From assembly GCF_006345805.1 (NCBI RefSeq), contig NW_021827425.1:1-10217 (forward strand): a DNA stretch of 10,217 nucleotides, in the 5' to 3' direction. A program made the translations under genes and the position numbers. Positions within the stretch are counted from its first letter, which is position 1; every line of letters begins with the position of its first letter. Positions 6,721 to 10,217 of the stretch are shown one piece after another. The notes under the pieces are model-generated. The model saw nothing but the letters and a program-made list of their open reading frames with translations. It did not search any database and was not told the origin of the DNA. The DNA is from Octopus sinensis. Taxonomy: Eukaryota.

Positions 6721-6953
6721 ATTACTAATCTTGAGACATCCGCATTTTAGCATCAGAGTACTACCACAACAACTTTCCACAAGTACATCACTATCAGCGC
6801 ACACATACACACACACACACACATACACACACACAACACATACACAACATATACGCACACACACACATACGCATACAAAGGCTTACCCACACGCAGACAA
6901 ACACATTAATACATACAAACATAAAAACACGCACCTGCTCACTGCAACACATT

Positions 6954-7369
6954 CACATGCTAACGCACACATACATACACACACACGCACATACACATAC
7001 TCCCACACACACACTGACGCATTAGCACACATATACAAACACACATGCACAAGCACATGCTAACACACACACACACACATACACACACACGCACATACAC
7101 ATACTCCCACACACACTGACGCATTAGCACACATATACGAACACACGTGCACAAGCACATGCTAACACACACACACACACATACACACACACGCACATAC
7201 ACATACTCCCACACACACACACTGACGCATTAGCACACATATACGAACACACGTGCACAAGCACATGCTAACACACACACACACACACACATACACACAC
7301 ACGCACGCACATACTCCCACACACACTGACGCATTAGCACACATATACAAACACACATGCACAAGCACA
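6954..7369. repeat. Minisatellite: four units of 100/102/106/104 bp built on (CA)n
   Basis: Unit cacatgctaa(ca)n..catactccc(ac)n tgacgcattagcacacatatacRaacacacRtgcacaag starts at 6954, 7054, 7156 and 7262. Confidence 0.95.
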
Positions 7370-7594
7370 ACCGCTTTTAAAGAAGCAGCAAAGAAGAAGA
7401 TACTAATACAGAGAAATGAAAGAATCCCATCAAATCTTTGGAAATGGCTGGAATTCTGCTTGTGTCTGTTAGATGCTGTCAAACTGCATTACTGCTGCAT
7501 CATTCACATTAGCTGCACACTGTCTGCTGTTGTTGACGGAATATAGTGTTTATTAAAACTTGAAACAAGCAACAGCGAAATATAACAGATGAAT

Positions 7595-7803
7595 TATGCA
7601 CACACATACACATACACACACACACACCACCACACACCACACACACAACACACACACAACATAACACACACCACACGCATATATTATATATATATATATA
7701 TATTATATATATGCATATCTATCTATCTATATAAACAGATATATATATATTTTATACACACACCACATAAACACTCACACACGTGGTGACCGCGTATATA
7801 TAG

Positions 7804-7846
<43 letters not shown>

Positions 7847-8140
7847 TAGATAGAATAAATAGATGTACAGTTATATATATATATATTATATATATTATAT
7901 TATATAATATATATATATATATATAATATATATTATATTATATTATATATTATTATTTATGTATATGTATATATGTAGATTATACATATATATATGCATA
8001 TACCTACTCATGTATAAATGCATATAAACACACGTACGTGCATACATACTACATACTTATAAATACACTACACACACATATTTACACGCACACACACATG
8101 TATATGTGGTGTGTGTGTGTGTATTTGTGTGTTTGTATGT
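7595..8140. repeat. Low-complexity block: (CA)n, long degenerate (TA)n (7680-7990), then CA/TG tracts
   Basis: Read directly from the sequence. Confidence 0.9.
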
Positions 8141-8510
8141 GTTGATCTAATGTTTTCTGTTTTGTCACGAGACAGTAGCTGCGTTGAAAACGTCCTTCTA
8201 GAAAGATTGGATATTGTAGATTACTTCTCATCTGTAGTATTAGTGACTAACTCTAATAGTCTTGGGGAAACACGTAACGCGAAGTTTTAAACGCAAAACA
8301 CACAGGGAAAGCAACGAAACATTACACCATATAATAAAATATATATATATATGTTATATGTGGTTTATCTTGCGTGTACAATTAGTTGTATGGCTGAGGC
8401 ATTGGAGTTTAAAGCTCAACGTAGAATGCCATGAGGCAGTCTGCTTCCATTATAGTGGTCTGGTTACTGTTATACTTAGAAATATTACTGGTTATAATGC
8501 ACAAAATAAA

Positions 8511-8947
8511 TACTCTTTTACTTGTTTCAGCCATTTGATTGTGGCCACGCTGGAGCACCGCATTGAGTCGAGCAAATCGACCCTAGGACTTATTCTTTGG
8601 ATGCCTATCTAGTACTTATTCTATCGGTCTCTTTTGCCGAATTGCTAAGTTACAGGGACGTAAACACACCAGTATCGATTGTCAAGTGATATTGGTGCAA
8701 CAAACACAGATACAACAACATATACACACACATACATACATACATACATACATACATACATACATACATACATACATACATACATACATACATACGTATA
8801 TATACATATATACGACGGGCTTCTTTCAGCTTCCGTCTACCAAATCCACTCACAAGGCTTTGGTCGGCCCGAGGCTATTGTAGAAGACACTTGCCCAAGA
8901 CATGTGGTTCGCAAGCAAGCTACTTACCACACAGCCACTCCTACGCC
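8511..8947 (-). mobile_element. Near full-length family B SINE with internal (CATA)n; B box deleted
   Basis: Reverse complement of 5562-5995 along its length. Microsatellite at ~8720-8812. Junction ttgcccaaga|catgtgg at ~8900 lacks the gtgcc..gggactgaacccgg segment. Confidence 0.95.
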
Positions 8948-9369
8948 TAACGTAGAAGATATTATGATATTATTTGCTTCCTGTCTATCAATAATTTTCC
9001 TCATGGTGATTGTTTAAAACACTCTGCATTGGGTGTTTGAAATGTAATTGGATGCTTAACCACAAAAGATCATCAGAGAGGCACTTTACTGAGTAAGCTA
9101 ATGCAATACAGGTTTGTCCCTGATTATCCGTTGTGGTTAAGCTTCTAATTGCCATTGAAACAATCAAAGCAGATTCCAAAACCACAACTGTGCAACGTAA
9201 ATTGGGAAGGAATAAAATATACTTCTGTTTATCATATTTTCTCGAATGTCGTCGAGAGGAAGGTCCCGAAACGGTGCATATTTTCTCTTGATAATCCCTG
9301 AAACCTAGTGGTGTCCGTTGTGCAGAGTTTTCGACTGAAATAGCAAATTGTATGTCATAATTACTGTAT

Positions 9370-9497
9370 AATATGCGTACATATGCGTGTATACACATGC
9401 AAATACTCACACACAGACACTTCACACACACACACGCCTCACACACACACACACACACACATACACACATCTCACACACACGCACACACGCACACAC
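9370..9497. repeat. Degenerate (CA)n microsatellite
   Basis: Read directly from the sequence. Confidence 0.9.
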
Positions 9498-9514
9498 CTC
9501 GTGGTTTCATAGGT

Positions 9515-9820
9515 ACAAATCGACCCAATCTCTTATTTTAAAAAGTTTTTTAAAATCTGGTACTTATTCTATTGATCTATTTTGCTGAGCCACTAAGTCA
9601 TGGGGATGTAAACACCAGTTGTCAAGCTGTAGACGGGGAGACAAATCACAAAAGCACACTCATACATATACGTCGGGTTTCCACACAGATTCCGCCAACC
9701 AACTTCACTTACAAGGCATCAGTCGATCCGGTACTACAATAGGCAGCAATTACACAAGATGCCGTCCAATGTGACTGAACCTGACACCTCATGGTCTCTT
9801 AACCATACAGCCTTGCCCGT
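9515..9820 (-). mobile_element. Old, diverged family B SINE with very short internal microsatellite
   Basis: caaatcgaccc..tggtacttattctattgatc..taaacaccagttgtcaag..catatacgtcggg..acaaggc..gactgaacctga..ccatacagcc is colinear with the 8511-8947 copy. A (TATAT)n run abuts the head. Confidence 0.8.
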
Positions 9821-10217
9821 TATATTATATTATATTCTATTATATCAAATTTGAAGCTAAAATTTAACAAATTATTACTCCGAGTTTTTTTCCCCCCGAA
9901 TTTTCGAAGGATTATGATATGTAAAAAAATTGTTTACAAGCATCACTGAAGAGAATTTTTTTTATATGTAGACGTGTTTTGATTGGATAAGGTCGAAACA
10001 AAATCATGTTATTGGTTGACAATATCACCACGTCTATAGGAAATAAGTGATTGGGGTGTTGGGTAGCTGGTTAGAAAGAGAGAAGAAATGGAAAAGAAGC
10101 AGGAAAGTTTTAGAAAAGAATCAATGCAGCTATGTAATATGTAAATATACGAAATATTTTTATTGAAAATAATGCAAAAATAATAAGATATCGTTGACGT
10201 GTATAAATAAACAAGTA

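Noticed and set aside
8164-8204. gtcacgagacagtagctgcgttgaaaacgtc ribozyme-like remnant and adjacent TTCTAGAA heat-shock-like site
   Set aside because: The core is not CUGANGA, the stem is only 3 bp and out of register, and there is no stem I. The HSE has only two of the three required pentamers.
8380-8470. Very old family B head on + strand (gcagtctgcttccattatag)
   Set aside because: Similarity is too low to distinguish from chance by eye. An HMM search would be needed.
9536-9555. ttttaaaaa-gt-tttttaaaa hairpin, and other short palindromes such as gaatatattc (~1799-1808) and gtgtgtacacac (2560-2571)
   Set aside because: Low-complexity or AT-only palindromes are expected at this composition.
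972-9588. All ORFs in the six-frame track
   Set aside because: They are translations of microsatellites (HT, VC, YI, MYVC repeats) or of SINE sequence, or are short AT-rich chance ORFs. I recognise no protein domain.

Overview
Repeat-saturated, AT-rich, non-coding animal DNA (intronic or intergenic). It is most likely from an octopus: this is inferred from my recollection of the two SINE families and from the microsatellite density, not from a database search. No protein-coding gene, rRNA, true tRNA or CRISPR array is supported, and the listed ORFs are translations of microsatellites or SINEs or are short AT-rich chance ORFs. The window holds two tRNA-derived SINE families. Family A (~220-230 bp) occurs as a head-to-tail array with ~230-bp period (445-1251, minus), a dimer inside one degenerate TSD (1287-1661) and a full-length copy with a perfect 16-bp TSD (1927-2160). 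Family B (~300-440 bp) has an internal microsatellite, with copies or fragments at 3789, 3977, 5147, 5562, 6118, 8511 and 9515. There are also many microsatellites and a 4-copy ~103-bp minisatellite. The most notable observations are: (1) a ~170-bp (TA)n-flanked element carrying a degenerate minimal type I hammerhead ribozyme of the kind known from Penelope-like elements (5414-5446); (2) a ~400-500-bp fold-back inverted duplication that copies both a SINE head and its unique flank (core 3746-4146); (3) a stem-loop module shared by the two SINE families; (4) a cluster of K50-homeodomain sites and palindromes in the unique first 430 bp.
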